Below, one piece after another: positions 27,946 to 38,241 of a stretch of DNA of 55,188 bases. This DNA comes from Thermotogaceae bacterium. Lineage in GTDB: Bacteria; Thermotogota; Thermotogae; B21-G9; HyVt-16. Under the pieces are notes generated by a model. It was not told the origin of the DNA, searched no databases, and saw nothing but the letters and a program-made list of their open reading frames with translations. The stretch spans positions 1-55,188 of the forward strand of contig JARRBB010000006.1 in NCBI GenBank assembly GCA_029981435.1, in the 5' to 3' direction. How positions within the stretch are numbered: position 1 is the stretch's first letter; every line of letters begins with the position of its first letter. Position numbers and translations under genes: made by a program.

Positions 27946-30009
27946 ATGTCACAGAAAAAATACCTAATAATCATTCTTATAATATTTATTCTTATGTTTT
28001 TTGCCGTTTCCTGTAATCTTATATTTCCCAACAAGCCTCCTGAAATAACAAGTATAAATGTTCCAGCAGAAGTTATAGAAGGAAATAACTTTGAGTGCGA
28101 AGTAGTTGCGTTTGACGATAAAGGTATAAATTATTATAGTGTAGAATTCGATAGCATAAAAGCATCTAACACTACAGGCGTTTTCAATCTGCAAGCTCCT
28201 GATGTATCTTCGGATGAAACAAAGAAAGGAACTGTTACTGTTTATGACAACATGGGCTATAAAGCGACTGAAAACTTCTACATCATTGTTTTGGAAAGTT
28301 CTACAGCACCGTCTGTTAAGATAGTCACTCCTTCCGAAGGTTCACAAATATCTCTTGGGAGCACATTTGAGATCACAGCCAACGCAACCAACGTTGATAA
28401 AGTTGAATTTTATTTCGATTCTCAAAAGATTAGCGAGAAGAACTCCAAACCATATTCTACTACCTACAATGCAATAACGGCAAGTGACCATACAATAAAA
28501 GTTGTTGGATACAAAGGTTCAATAAAAGTGCAGGATCAAGTTAATATATCTATAGTTGAAAACACTCCTCCAAGTGCAACCATAACTTTAAGTCCTGTTG
28601 TTGAAGTGGGAGAAGAGATGTTGATAACATTAGATGCTCAGGATGAAAATGGTATAGATTCATCAACTTTGACTATAATAACCCCAACTAACAAAAGTTA
28701 TTATGTCAACTTCTCAAGTTTTCCTAAAATTTACAGTTTTGAACCAGACGAACTCGGCATTCATCAAGTAAGATTCGAAGTGATGGATTCCTATAACAAT
28801 TCAACGGTAAAAAGTAAGGATTTTATCTCTACTGACACCAGAGCACCTGATTTGACACTCAATTTTCCGAAATTCAATAATAGATCCGAAGTTTCAATTG
28901 AATGGGTAATCGATGACCCCAGCACGTGGAATGGTGTTATGAATGTTGATTCAGTAACTTTCACTTCTAACAATAAAATCGGTAGTTTTTCTCAGAACGT
29001 TTCCATAAATTTGAACGATGGTATTAACCAGGTGACTTTATGTGCGACAGACCTTTGGGGACATACTTCCACAAAGCTGGCGACACTTGTTGTCGATACT
29101 GTAACACCATCGGTTGAACTGAATATCCCTGATTTAACCTTAACAAACTCTCTAAATTTTGTTTATACAGCTTCTGATGAATGGTTCGAATATGCAACTC
29201 TTTATGTCATGGATTCACAGATACCGCTGAATGAAGCAACTGATCAGAATTTCAATGTAAGTATTCAAGAAATTGACGGCGAATCTCTGATAGCCACGCT
29301 TGTTGTCGAAGATAAAGCTGGAAACGTTTCTATAGCAACTGATAACACGTATGTTGACAACACTCTTTATTTTATCGACGCAACCTACCCAGCTACCACA
29401 GACCAGAAAAGTGCGGATATAACGGTAATTGCCGAAGACAAAAATCTCGACGAAAATTATCTTGCCTTAAATGTGAGCAGTAATATTTCATCTTATTCTG
29501 TTTCAAAGAACGTTCAAACAGCCAATGGAAGAAAACGTGCCGAGATAAATCTCAGCCTCAATTTCGCCGATACAGATTCAGTGGAAAATGTTAACATCGG
29601 AATTAAAGATACATATGGAAACACCAGAAATCTAAACCTTGAAATAACTGTTGACAACATTAAACAGCCACCTCAACCTTTGAATTCAGATTTGTATGTA
29701 AACACACAGATAGGGAGAATTGATTATGCGTTGATAAAGTTTCACGAGAAAGTGGATTTCGATGAGAACACAACAGCAGTGATGGAATACAAAAGCGGTT
29801 CATCAGTGTACAGTATAAATAATACAGCACCTTTGGAATTATATGGAGATGAACAGACAGTAATGATAAAATTCGGTGAATTAATTCCAAGTGACGTTTC
29901 AGCTGCTACAATAACAATAAATGGATTGGCCGATCTGTTCGGAAATGAACTTTCTGATCCCGTAACAGTTGATCAGATCCATTTGATAAATACTTCACCG
30001 TCAAAATAG
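27946..30009 (+). CDS. Large secreted lipoprotein with multiple Ig-like/Big-type beta-sandwich repeats
   Basis: 687 aa. Lipobox signal (…FFAVSC). Repeated ~90-aa Thr/Ser/Val/Asn-rich units typical of bacterial Ig-like surface domains. Confidence 0.6.
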   Translation: MSQKKYLIIILIIFILMFFAVSCNLIFPNKPPEITSINVPAEVIEGNNFECEVVAFDDKGINYYSVEFDSIKASNTTGVFNLQAPDVSSDETKKGTVTVYDNMGYKATENFYIIVLESSTAPSVKIVTPSEGSQISLGSTFEITANATNVDKVEFYFDSQKISEKNSKPYSTTYNAITASDHTIKVVGYKGSIKVQDQVNISIVENTPPSATITLSPVVEVGEEMLITLDAQDENGIDSSTLTIITPTNKSYYVNFSSFPKIYSFEPDELGIHQVRFEVMDSYNNSTVKSKDFISTDTRAPDLTLNFPKFNNRSEVSIEWVIDDPSTWNGVMNVDSVTFTSNNKIGSFSQNVSINLNDGINQVTLCATDLWGHTSTKLATLVVDTVTPSVELNIPDLTLTNSLNFVYTASDEWFEYATLYVMDSQIPLNEATDQNFNVSIQEIDGESLIATLVVEDKAGNVSIATDNTYVDNTLYFIDATYPATTDQKSADITVIAEDKNLDENYLALNVSSNISSYSVSKNVQTANGRKRAEINLSLNFADTDSVENVNIGIKDTYGNTRNLNLEITVDNIKQPPQPLNSDLYVNTQIGRIDYALIKFHEKVDFDENTTAVMEYKSGSSVYSINNTAPLELYGDEQTVMIKFGELIPSDVSAATITINGLADLFGNELSDPVTVDQIHLINTSPSK

Positions 30010-30013
30010 AAAC

Positions 30014-30038
30014 AATCCCCCCATATTTGGGGGGATTA
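30014..30038. terminator. Bidirectional terminator
   Basis: aATCCCCCCatatttGGGGGGATt between convergent genes; overlaps the galK stop. Confidence 0.75.
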
Positions 30039-31160
30039 AACTTCTATTTCCATTGCTCCATCTTCTGCCTGAACATCTTCAAAAGAAAGATCTATCGAAA
30101 ACCTCGCCTTGAAATTCTCTGAAAGCTCTTTTTTCAAATCTTCAACATCTTTTTTTACAAGGGCTATTACAGAACCTCCAAATCCTCCACCAACCATTCT
30201 GGCGCCTGCTATGTCTTTTTCTTTAAGAAAATCAACCACAAAATCAAGTTCCTCACACGAAACTTCGTAGAGATCTTTTAAACTATAATGCGATTGATAT
30301 AGTAATTCTCCTAACTTTTCTATCTCACCACTTTCAAGGGCTTCAACAGTTTTCAAAACTCTCTCATTTTCTGCCAAAACATGCATAGCTCTCTTTTTGA
30401 GGATCTCTGGAAGAGTATTTATTTCTTCAATCTTCAACTCTCTGAAACTCTTCTTATTTGTCAACTTCAAAACTTCTTCGCATTGTCTTCTTCTCAAATT
30501 GTATTCACCGGACGCCAATGAGTGTTTAACATTTGTATCGATTATTAGAAATCTATAATCTTTCAATTGCAGTGGTACGTATTTATATTCAAGAGTCATT
30601 GTGTCGAGGAAAATCGCATGGTTCTTTTTTCCAAAAGCACTTGTAAATTGATCCATTATTCCGCATCTGACACCCACAAATTCATTTTCAGCCTTCTGTC
30701 CCATTTTTGCCATAGTTTTTTTATCAATATCTATGTTGTTGATTGTACTAACAGCTTTCAAAACAGACATTTCTATTGCAGCTGAACTTGAAAGACCCGC
30801 ACCAACAGGAAGATTGGAATCCAAAAATATATCCATTCCTTTGAATTCGTACCCATGATTTTTGAGGACCCAGAGTATTCCCTTGGGATAATTCACCCAG
30901 AATTTCTCGCTTTTATCATTGATTTCATCCAAGGTGAATTCATCTAATTCGTTAAAAAGTGCGGAAAAAATTCTGATTTTGTCAGTATTGTTTTTTCTTA
31001 CAGCACAGAAAACAAACCTGTCAACCGCAAAAGGAAGTACAAATCCATCGTTGTAATCCGTGTGTTCACCGATTATGTTAACCCTTCCCGGAGCTCTAAA
31101 AAATCTAAAGTCTTTTACATTTCCAAAGATTTCTTTGAGTTTAGTGAGATTAATCATCAA
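30036..31160 (-). CDS. galK: Galactokinase
   Basis: 374 aa; GRVNIIGEHTDYN GHMP-kinase signature; PVGAGLSSSAA. Confidence 0.93.
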   Translation of the reverse strand: MMINLTKLKEIFGNVKDFRFFRAPGRVNIIGEHTDYNDGFVLPFAVDRFVFCAVRKNNTDKIRIFSALFNELDEFTLDEINDKSEKFWVNYPKGILWVLKNHGYEFKGMDIFLDSNLPVGAGLSSSAAIEMSVLKAVSTINNIDIDKKTMAKMGQKAENEFVGVRCGIMDQFTSAFGKKNHAIFLDTMTLEYKYVPLQLKDYRFLIIDTNVKHSLASGEYNLRRRQCEEVLKLTNKKSFRELKIEEINTLPEILKKRAMHVLAENERVLKTVEALESGEIEKLGELLYQSHYSLKDLYEVSCEELDFVVDFLKEKDIAGARMVGGGFGGSVIALVKKDVEDLKKELSENFKARFSIDLSFEDVQAEDGAMEIEV

Positions 31161-32118
31161 GGTTCACCTCGATACTTTTCAATCTATCAGCAACTTCTTT
31201 TGGAAGAGAAGGATTTATGAAATTCCATGTTCCGGTTTCAACACTTGCCATCCATTTTATTTTGTCTTTATCACGTTTTGGAGGATAAAATTCAACATGG
31301 AAATGAAAGAAATCATCGAAAACTTCATTTAAATTGAAAGGTTTCTGAAAAAAACACATCATATAAGGAAATTCTTGATCAAAGAGCTTATCATACTTCA
31401 TCGTAACCACTTTTAAGGCCCGTGCAAAATCTTCTATCTCCTTATTTACCAGATCCAAAACACTTGTGACATGTCTTTTTGGGTATATATGAACTTCATA
31501 GGGAAAGCGTGCATAAAAAGGAACTATGGCTATAAAGCTTTCGTTTTGATAAATTATTCTTTCATTTTTTTCTATCTCTTCTTCTACTATATCGCACAGG
31601 ACACATTTCTTATTCTTATGATAATAGCCTCTCATAGAATTGACTTTTACTTGTATCCTTTTGGGTAAAAAAGGAAAAGCGTAAAGCTGACCATGTGGAT
31701 GCGAGAGAGTTGCCCCAACTTCTTTACCACGATTCTCAAAAAGAAAAATGTACTTTATAAAATCGTTTCTGGAAATCTCAAACGTTCTATCACGCCAAAC
31801 AAAGATCAATTTTTCTATCTGATTCAGAGACATCCTCGGAAGTGCCGAATCATGCTCCGATGTGTACATGACAACTTCACAGACACCTTTCGATTTGATT
31901 TTTTTCAACAGTTCACTTTCCTGAACGACATCCGGTGCATCGACTTTCAAAGCTGGAAAACGATTTTCAAAGGTAGCAAGGTCATAATCCTTCTCAAGTT
32001 CCAAAACTCCTGGGCACAACGGACAGGCATTCTCAGAAGGCAAAACAGGTCTTGCGCTTCTGCTCGATGAAACCATAACCCATTCATCTGTAAGTGGATT
32101 ATACCTTGTTTCTAACAA
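31150..32118 (-). CDS. galT: Galactose-1-phosphate uridylyltransferase
   Basis: 322 aa; CPLCPG zinc motif and the HPHGQ active-site motif. Confidence 0.92.
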   Translation of the reverse strand: MLETRYNPLTDEWVMVSSSRSARPVLPSENACPLCPGVLELEKDYDLATFENRFPALKVDAPDVVQESELLKKIKSKGVCEVVMYTSEHDSALPRMSLNQIEKLIFVWRDRTFEISRNDFIKYIFLFENRGKEVGATLSHPHGQLYAFPFLPKRIQVKVNSMRGYYHKNKKCVLCDIVEEEIEKNERIIYQNESFIAIVPFYARFPYEVHIYPKRHVTSVLDLVNKEIEDFARALKVVTMKYDKLFDQEFPYMMCFFQKPFNLNEVFDDFFHFHVEFYPPKRDKDKIKWMASVETGTWNFINPSLPKEVADRLKSIEVNLDD

Positions 32119-33884
32119 TTCTCATCACCATCCCAATAATAATTAACAAGTCTATTATCATCTTTTCTCCGAGCCCTCTCCACTTTCAACTTTCTGATTT
32201 TATCTCTCACAACGACAACATCTCGAGGAGGTACAGTAATCTTCTCTTCCCTAAGACCAGTCCAAAGCTTCGCATCTTCAGGAATTTCAATCTCATATTC
32301 TTTATTTTCAAGATTTGCAACCAGAATATAGTTCCCATCAAGCAGACCTTTTACACCTATAACATACACTTTTTCATCTGTGTCCAAATTGAATACTCTC
32401 GGTTCTCCATCGCATAGTTTCAAAGACTCAACAAATGTTTGTAGGCCTTCTTCATCGACCAGTTCCATATCGTCACTTTCGATTACCATATTACTCAAAG
32501 CTGCACTCACAAATGAATAAAGCCTTCTTACATTCTCAGGTAAATTTATATCTTCTTTTCTTAACAAAAGGCAATCAGGGTCGTTGTTCCACCATCTTTT
32601 ATTCATGAAATATCTTGTTATAACATTTCGCAGTGCAACCTTCGAATTTGGAAAAGGTGCTACAATATCTTCAAACCATTCTGGTGATGTATCTGCCCCT
32701 ATTCTCATCCCATCAACTATACCGATGCTTGGTAAAAGTGGCGCACCGCATCCAAGCAAAAACGAATCGCCTATCGTATCTTTTATCGTTTTTAATCCAA
32801 CTCTGTAAGCTTCAATAGGTGTAACAATCTTCTTTCTTTTTCCGGGTATTGCACCTGCAAAGAGAAAGTCAATTTTGAAATATTCAAAGCCTTTGTTTTT
32901 CAATTCTTTAAACAAGTTTTTCAACCAGTCCAGTACTTCCTCATTTGATAAATCAAGGCCATATATGTTCTTTTCCCAGTTTCTGTAAGCTACTTTCGGT
33001 TCGCCATTCTCATCACTTATCAACCAATCTTTATGCTCTTTAAAAACAGTTGAAGTTTCAGAAACACTGAATGGGGCAAGCCAGATCCCCGGTATGAAAC
33101 CTGCATCCCTTATACTTTTCACAATTCCTTCCAATCCTTCAGGAAACTTCGAGTTTGTTTCCAGCCAGTCTCCTATATCCTTCTGATATCCGTCATCAAT
33201 CTGTACAAACTGATAAGGAATTTTCTCTTTCAAATTTTTCAGAAATTCAATGTTTTTCTTCAATTCATCATAAGTTATGTTGGTGAAGTAATGATACCAG
33301 CTGCACCAGCCAACACGAACTTTCTTATCGGCGCTAATATTATTTTTTTCTGCAACTAACGCTCCATAAGTTTCCAGAAGTTTTTCTATTTTCTTATTCT
33401 TCAGTACAACCAGTGGCTCTAAAACCAGCTTTTCTCCTGTTTCAAGCTCTTTACCAAATAAATCGACATAAGCAGAGATTGTTTTTTTGCCCTTGTCGTA
33501 TACGAAGAAGTTATGAGAAAACTCGGATTTTAAAAAGCCTATCAAAACATTTGAAAATGCTACAAAATAGTCACTCATAAGTTTGTCTTTTTCACGGAAC
33601 AACTCAGGTTCTGGTGTAAACGCCAGGACAAAATCTTTTGCGGGTGGAACCTCAAAATATTTAGAGATATCAAGACCTACAGAGAAAAAATCACAGCTTC
33701 CCCAACTCTGCCAGTTGTTTAAGAAAATCTTTTCAACATCAACCGGTAATTCAAAGAGTTTCAGTAGGTTATAAGTTTTTTTAGATGAATCGAAATTTAC
33801 AACTTCAAATTGCAGCACACAATCTTCATCAGGAAGGTTGAATTTTTCTCCCAGAACTATTCTGTATTCTTTCAAATTACTCAA
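32112..33884 (-). CDS. Alpha-galactosidase, glycoside hydrolase family 36 (GalA-like)
   Basis: 590 aa; VGWCSWYHYF, QIDDGYQ, KIDFLFAG motifs as in Thermotoga GalA. Confidence 0.88.
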   Translation of the reverse strand: MSNLKEYRIVLGEKFNLPDEDCVLQFEVVNFDSSKKTYNLLKLFELPVDVEKIFLNNWQSWGSCDFFSVGLDISKYFEVPPAKDFVLAFTPEPELFREKDKLMSDYFVAFSNVLIGFLKSEFSHNFFVYDKGKKTISAYVDLFGKELETGEKLVLEPLVVLKNKKIEKLLETYGALVAEKNNISADKKVRVGWCSWYHYFTNITYDELKKNIEFLKNLKEKIPYQFVQIDDGYQKDIGDWLETNSKFPEGLEGIVKSIRDAGFIPGIWLAPFSVSETSTVFKEHKDWLISDENGEPKVAYRNWEKNIYGLDLSNEEVLDWLKNLFKELKNKGFEYFKIDFLFAGAIPGKRKKIVTPIEAYRVGLKTIKDTIGDSFLLGCGAPLLPSIGIVDGMRIGADTSPEWFEDIVAPFPNSKVALRNVITRYFMNKRWWNNDPDCLLLRKEDINLPENVRRLYSFVSAALSNMVIESDDMELVDEEGLQTFVESLKLCDGEPRVFNLDTDEKVYVIGVKGLLDGNYILVANLENKEYEIEIPEDAKLWTGLREEKITVPPRDVVVVRDKIRKLKVERARRKDDNRLVNYYWDGDENC

Positions 33885-36256
33885 TCCTCCTTGTTGAAAA
33901 GTATATTTGAAATCAATTTTCTGGATAATTCAGTATTTTTGAGAGTGGTGATGACTTTAAATCTTCCATTTTCGTTCTTAACGTACAAAAGGCTTCCAAG
34001 TCCAAAACCCCAACCTATCAATTTGCTTATGACAGAATTTCTTGACGAAAATTTGTCTTTTGGGATAAGTATGAATTTGGATGCCAGTTTATTCAATCCC
34101 CACAATATAGCACCTATATTTATATCCCTCAAGGTGTTGAATAAAGTAAACCCACTTATCCAATCACCCTGCCAGTCAAGATTTCCAAAAATTTTTTCAT
34201 CTTCACTTATCACATAAAATTCGTTTAATTCATGATTTTCATCGTTGATCCATTTTATTTCGTAATCACAGTTTTTAGATTCCAATTTCATTATAGGATA
34301 GAAATTCCTTGATATCACTTTATCATTTTCAAATATCTCAACAAATATGTTCTGCTCATCATTTGTTTCGAACTCAAATGTTCCAAGGTTCAGCAATTCA
34401 AATGAATCGACTTTCACTTCTAATCCTTTCAAAACTCTCTTTTCTGTTCTTATAATCACTTTACCATTAATTTTTCGACTCGACATATTTGAGATAAACA
34501 AATCCATAGAATATTCCGAACTCTCAAGTAAAGAATCATGATCTTTCACAATTGCCAAAACGTCTGAATTCAAATACTTGAGATAAGAATAGAAGAATTT
34601 TGGCATTCTGTTGTAGTCGAGTAAACCGTTCGCTTCCCAGGCTATGTCTGAAAATTCGGTTATCACATATCCTACAATAGCAGGATTTAATCTTATAGTT
34701 TCAATTTGAAATTTTAATCCCATAAACTGATTTAGTTGAGTTTGCAAGATCAGGTCATCAAGATTATGAAAACCGAAAATATTTTTGATAATTTCTGCGG
34801 GTGATGAACCATCGAATTTAATCCCCATCAATGTAATTGGATAATTTGCCCAGCTGTGCTCCCATGTTTTTATATCTGGCAGTCCCCAAACTCCAAACTC
34901 AGAGAGTACCTTTGGTAATTTCTTTTCAGGCCTTTCAAAAAAAGTTCTAAATTCACCGGAAGCAAATTTCTGAACTTTTTCTTCCCAAAGTTCGTTGTGA
35001 TAAGGGAAAGAATGATAAAAATGATAATCATCTACGTCAGACACCACGTGCAAATTTCCACAGCAGGCTGAATTGTCGACAATAAGACGAGTTGGATCGA
35101 GTTTTTTTGCCTCATTGTAAAACGAAGTTATCCAGTTTTTGGTTTCTTCGTCCATGTTCTCCCATAACTTCATTCCCCAGCTTTCATTTATCAAACTCAT
35201 CATTACAAACGACGGATGATTGGCATGTCTTTGCAAAACGTTTTTTAGCAAACTCCAGAGGTATTCCTTTGATTCCTCATCAAGTTCTCGGGCATAAGGA
35301 AGATCAATCCATACGAGTATACCAAGCTCATCGGCAATCTCAAGGTAAAGGTCATCCGGAATTTTAACATGGTATCTCAGAAGATTAAGCCCTAAATCTT
35401 TCGCCTTTGTTAGTTCAGAAAGCATTTTCGTTCTACCTCTCAAAGTGTAGTGAGTATCAGGATAAAAATTCTGATCAAGGGCACCGAAAAGGTAAACTGG
35501 TTCACCGTTGAGTAAAAGTTTACCATTTTCAGCCTTTACATATCTGATTCCAAAACGTGTACTGAAGAAATCACTGTTTTTACCATCATTAAAATTGATC
35601 TGTAATGTGTAAAGTTCGGGCGTTTTAGGTGACCAAATCTTCGGATTGGGAACTTCAAACGATATCTTTCCACCGTTGAATTCTTTATTTAGAACAATCG
35701 ATCCTTGCGAATCTAATACCGTCAATTTGTATTCATGATCCAACTCATCTGAAAATTCAACAAAGCAGTTCACCGTTCTCAGATCTTCTCTTGGATACAC
35801 TCTAACCGACTTTATATGAACATCATCCACTATCCAGAGTTCGACATCCTGAATTATTCCTGCTGCATTTCCATACCAATCCTGCTTTCCGGCCACTCTC
35901 TCTGGATGTTCTGAAATATCGTAATCAGAAACCTTTACAATCAGTATATCTTCTCCATCAAATTTCAAAAAATCTGTTATTTCAACATCGAACAGATCGT
36001 ATCCGTTGGTATGTTCAAAAACTTTCATATTGTTCACAAAAATTTCCGATTGATAATCTAAACCATGAAATCTCAAAATAATCCTTTTTTTCAATGTCCC
36101 TTTAAGCTCACAAAGTTTCCGTCTGTACTCAGCGCTTAAAAAAGCAGGGTTGGGATAACTGTTAACATCAAACGGAAAATAATGAGGAATTGAAATATCT
36201 TCAATTATCTGGTCTTCATTCACAAATATCCACTTATCTTTCAATCTAATACGCAT
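33881..36256 (-). CDS. Glycoside hydrolase family 2 (beta-galactosidase-like) with C-terminal extension of unknown function
   Basis: 791 aa. GH2 sugar-binding/Ig/TIM order; acid/base region NHPSFVMMSLINESWG. 4-nt overlap (ATGA) with the GH36 gene. Confidence 0.75.
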   Translation of the reverse strand: MRIRLKDKWIFVNEDQIIEDISIPHYFPFDVNSYPNPAFLSAEYRRKLCELKGTLKKRIILRFHGLDYQSEIFVNNMKVFEHTNGYDLFDVEITDFLKFDGEDILIVKVSDYDISEHPERVAGKQDWYGNAAGIIQDVELWIVDDVHIKSVRVYPREDLRTVNCFVEFSDELDHEYKLTVLDSQGSIVLNKEFNGGKISFEVPNPKIWSPKTPELYTLQINFNDGKNSDFFSTRFGIRYVKAENGKLLLNGEPVYLFGALDQNFYPDTHYTLRGRTKMLSELTKAKDLGLNLLRYHVKIPDDLYLEIADELGILVWIDLPYARELDEESKEYLWSLLKNVLQRHANHPSFVMMSLINESWGMKLWENMDEETKNWITSFYNEAKKLDPTRLIVDNSACCGNLHVVSDVDDYHFYHSFPYHNELWEEKVQKFASGEFRTFFERPEKKLPKVLSEFGVWGLPDIKTWEHSWANYPITLMGIKFDGSSPAEIIKNIFGFHNLDDLILQTQLNQFMGLKFQIETIRLNPAIVGYVITEFSDIAWEANGLLDYNRMPKFFYSYLKYLNSDVLAIVKDHDSLLESSEYSMDLFISNMSSRKINGKVIIRTEKRVLKGLEVKVDSFELLNLGTFEFETNDEQNIFVEIFENDKVISRNFYPIMKLESKNCDYEIKWINDENHELNEFYVISEDEKIFGNLDWQGDWISGFTLFNTLRDINIGAILWGLNKLASKFILIPKDKFSSRNSVISKLIGWGFGLGSLLYVKNENGRFKVITTLKNTELSRKLISNILFNKED

Positions 36257-36343
36257 TTTTATCCCTTCCTTTCAAAAGTTTGGTTACCGTTAACGTTCAC
36301 GAAAATTATAATACCAACATTTTTTTCAGTCAAGTTTAAAGTA

Positions 36344-36384
36344 TAAAAAAACAGGGGTAATATTTTTCACTATTACCCCTGTTT
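36344..36384 (-). terminator. Intrinsic terminator (12-bp stem) downstream of the split lipoprotein gene
   Basis: ACAGGGGTAATA-tttttcac-TATTACCCCTGT; on the minus strand it is followed by UUUUUUU. Confidence 0.75.
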
Positions 36385-36457
36385 GTCCTGTTTAAAGGTC
36401 TAAAACCTTTATTCGATGTTGTTTCAAATATTAATAAGGAGGCCAAAAATCGTCCCA

Positions 36458-37027
36458 CTAGCTTACTGGTGTTGCATCTGTCCATTTTAACCTGGCGCCA
36501 TTGTAAATTACAGTGAACAAATCAGTCGCATTTTCTGTATCACTCATTTTGAGAGTAAGCCTTATGAAATTATCACTCAAGATATCACCCGTTATAACGA
36601 AAGAATTCCCAAGAGCTTCCTTTTGATCAAAAGCACTTTGAGGAGCTATATCAAGTGTGATAGTTGTAGCAGCCTGAAAAGTCGATTCGTTTATTGTCCC
36701 AACCAAAACCAATGGGAATGGACCTTCATTAATAAGCTCTATGAGTGGATTAAGAAGTTCCACAGTTATACTCGTACCAGATTGAGTTATAGTTGCACCT
36801 GAGTTGACTAATAAAATACTTCCTTCATCATAACCCACAAAATAGCTATCAAAAAGATTAAATAAAAACGTTTCACCATATAAAGACATTTTAATCACTT
36901 CTGCAGTAAGCTACCATTCCCCATTGATATCAAATGTTTGTTGTTGCTGTTGATATATAACAACACAGGATGATAACAATATAGTTGCAAGAAACACTAT
37001 TATACTGATTTTTAGTGACTTTTTCAT
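36458..37027 (-). pseudogene. Lipoprotein gene interrupted by an in-frame TAG: 39-codon signal-peptide ORF (36911-37027) + 146-aa mature-domain ORF (36458-36898) in the same frame
   Basis: MKKSLKISIIVFLATILLSSCVVIYQQQQQTFDINGEW-TAG-LTAEVIKMSLYGETF… Own extended -10 promoter (TGTATAAT) and RBS upstream; terminator downstream. Both ORFs are in frame (129 nt apart). Confidence 0.55.
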
Positions 37028-37122
37028 TTCTTCCTTATCCCCTTAATTCTTTGTTACTATTATACAATAACAATATCAGAAAAATCAAAAATCGGATTGA
37101 ATTTGATCCAAATTATTTCTTT

Positions 37123-38208
37123 TCAAAATTCAATTTCTTTTCCAAGCTCGGCAGACTTATAAGCAGACGTCAGAATTTTTATCATGGTTATACCATGGTA
37201 AGGTGTTACCTGAGGTTCTTCCTTTCCAAGTACACAATTCACAAAATGCCTTATTTGATTTTCATGGCCATTCGCCCATTTTTCTTCTTTCACTCTTGGT
37301 GTCAAATCATAAGAATGTCCATGAGATTCACCGTAAATTTTTATGAATATACCATCTGAATTCATATGATACGACAAACCAGCCTTTGTCCCGAGTAATT
37401 CAAGGAAGAAGTTTTCCTTCTCTATATTCGAAGCCCAGCTGAATTCAAATTGCAGCGACATTGAATTTTTGAATCTCATGAACCCAATCGCAAGATCTTC
37501 AACATCGAATTTTTTCTCCTTTATTGATTCGAAGTCGGTCCAACCGAAATCACTTACCTGTGAATTTTTGCCTATTTTCAAGTAAGTCGATGCACTTATA
37601 CTCTTTGGTTCTGGAAAACCCGTAACCCACATTGTCAGATCGAGTATGTGTACTCCAAGATCAATCAAAGGTCCTCCACCTGCAAGTTTTTTATCCGTGA
37701 ACCATTCTCCCCACCACGGAATACCTCTTCGCCTTATATAACCACATCTTGCAACGTAAACTTCTCCGAGTTCTCCAGAATCAACGATATCTTTCACATA
37801 TTTTGAAATTTTTCTGAATCTATTGTTTCTAATAGCCATGAGAAGTTTTTTGTTCTTTTTTGAAGCATCGTACATTTTTTGCACTTCTTCCACACTTATA
37901 GCATCAGGTTTTTCACATAGAACATTCTTACCAGCATTCAAAGCATCAACAGCAATTATTGAATGATAATAATTTGGAGTACATATATCTATTATGTCGA
38001 GTTTCTCGTTCAGCATATCTTTATAATCAGTGAAATATTTAGCTGAAAACTCTTCTGCAGCTTTTTTCGCTCTTTCTTCCTTGATATCGCAGAACGCTTT
38101 TAATTCTACTAAACCTTCCTCCTGTAATTTTTTCCATGCAGGAATGTGAGCACCATTGGCTATTCCCCCGACTCCTACAATTCCAACTTTAAGTTTCTTC
38201 CTTCTCAT
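37123..38208 (-). CDS. Gfo/Idh/MocA-family NAD(P)-dependent oxidoreductase
   Basis: 361 aa; N-terminal Rossmann GIVGVGGIANGAHIP. Confidence 0.88.
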   Translation of the reverse strand: MRRKKLKVGIVGVGGIANGAHIPAWKKLQEEGLVELKAFCDIKEERAKKAAEEFSAKYFTDYKDMLNEKLDIIDICTPNYYHSIIAVDALNAGKNVLCEKPDAISVEEVQKMYDASKKNKKLLMAIRNNRFRKISKYVKDIVDSGELGEVYVARCGYIRRRGIPWWGEWFTDKKLAGGGPLIDLGVHILDLTMWVTGFPEPKSISASTYLKIGKNSQVSDFGWTDFESIKEKKFDVEDLAIGFMRFKNSMSLQFEFSWASNIEKENFFLELLGTKAGLSYHMNSDGIFIKIYGESHGHSYDLTPRVKEEKWANGHENQIRHFVNCVLGKEEPQVTPYHGITMIKILTSAYKSAELGKEIEF

Positions 38209-38241
38209 CTAAAAACCCCTCCCAGCTTTAAATTAAAATGC

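Noticed and set aside
37015-37359. 114-aa plus-strand ORF
   Set aside because: Overlaps the promoter/RBS of the minus-strand lipoprotein gene and the 3' end of the Gfo/Idh/MocA gene; no RBS; the minus-strand interpretation explains the region fully.
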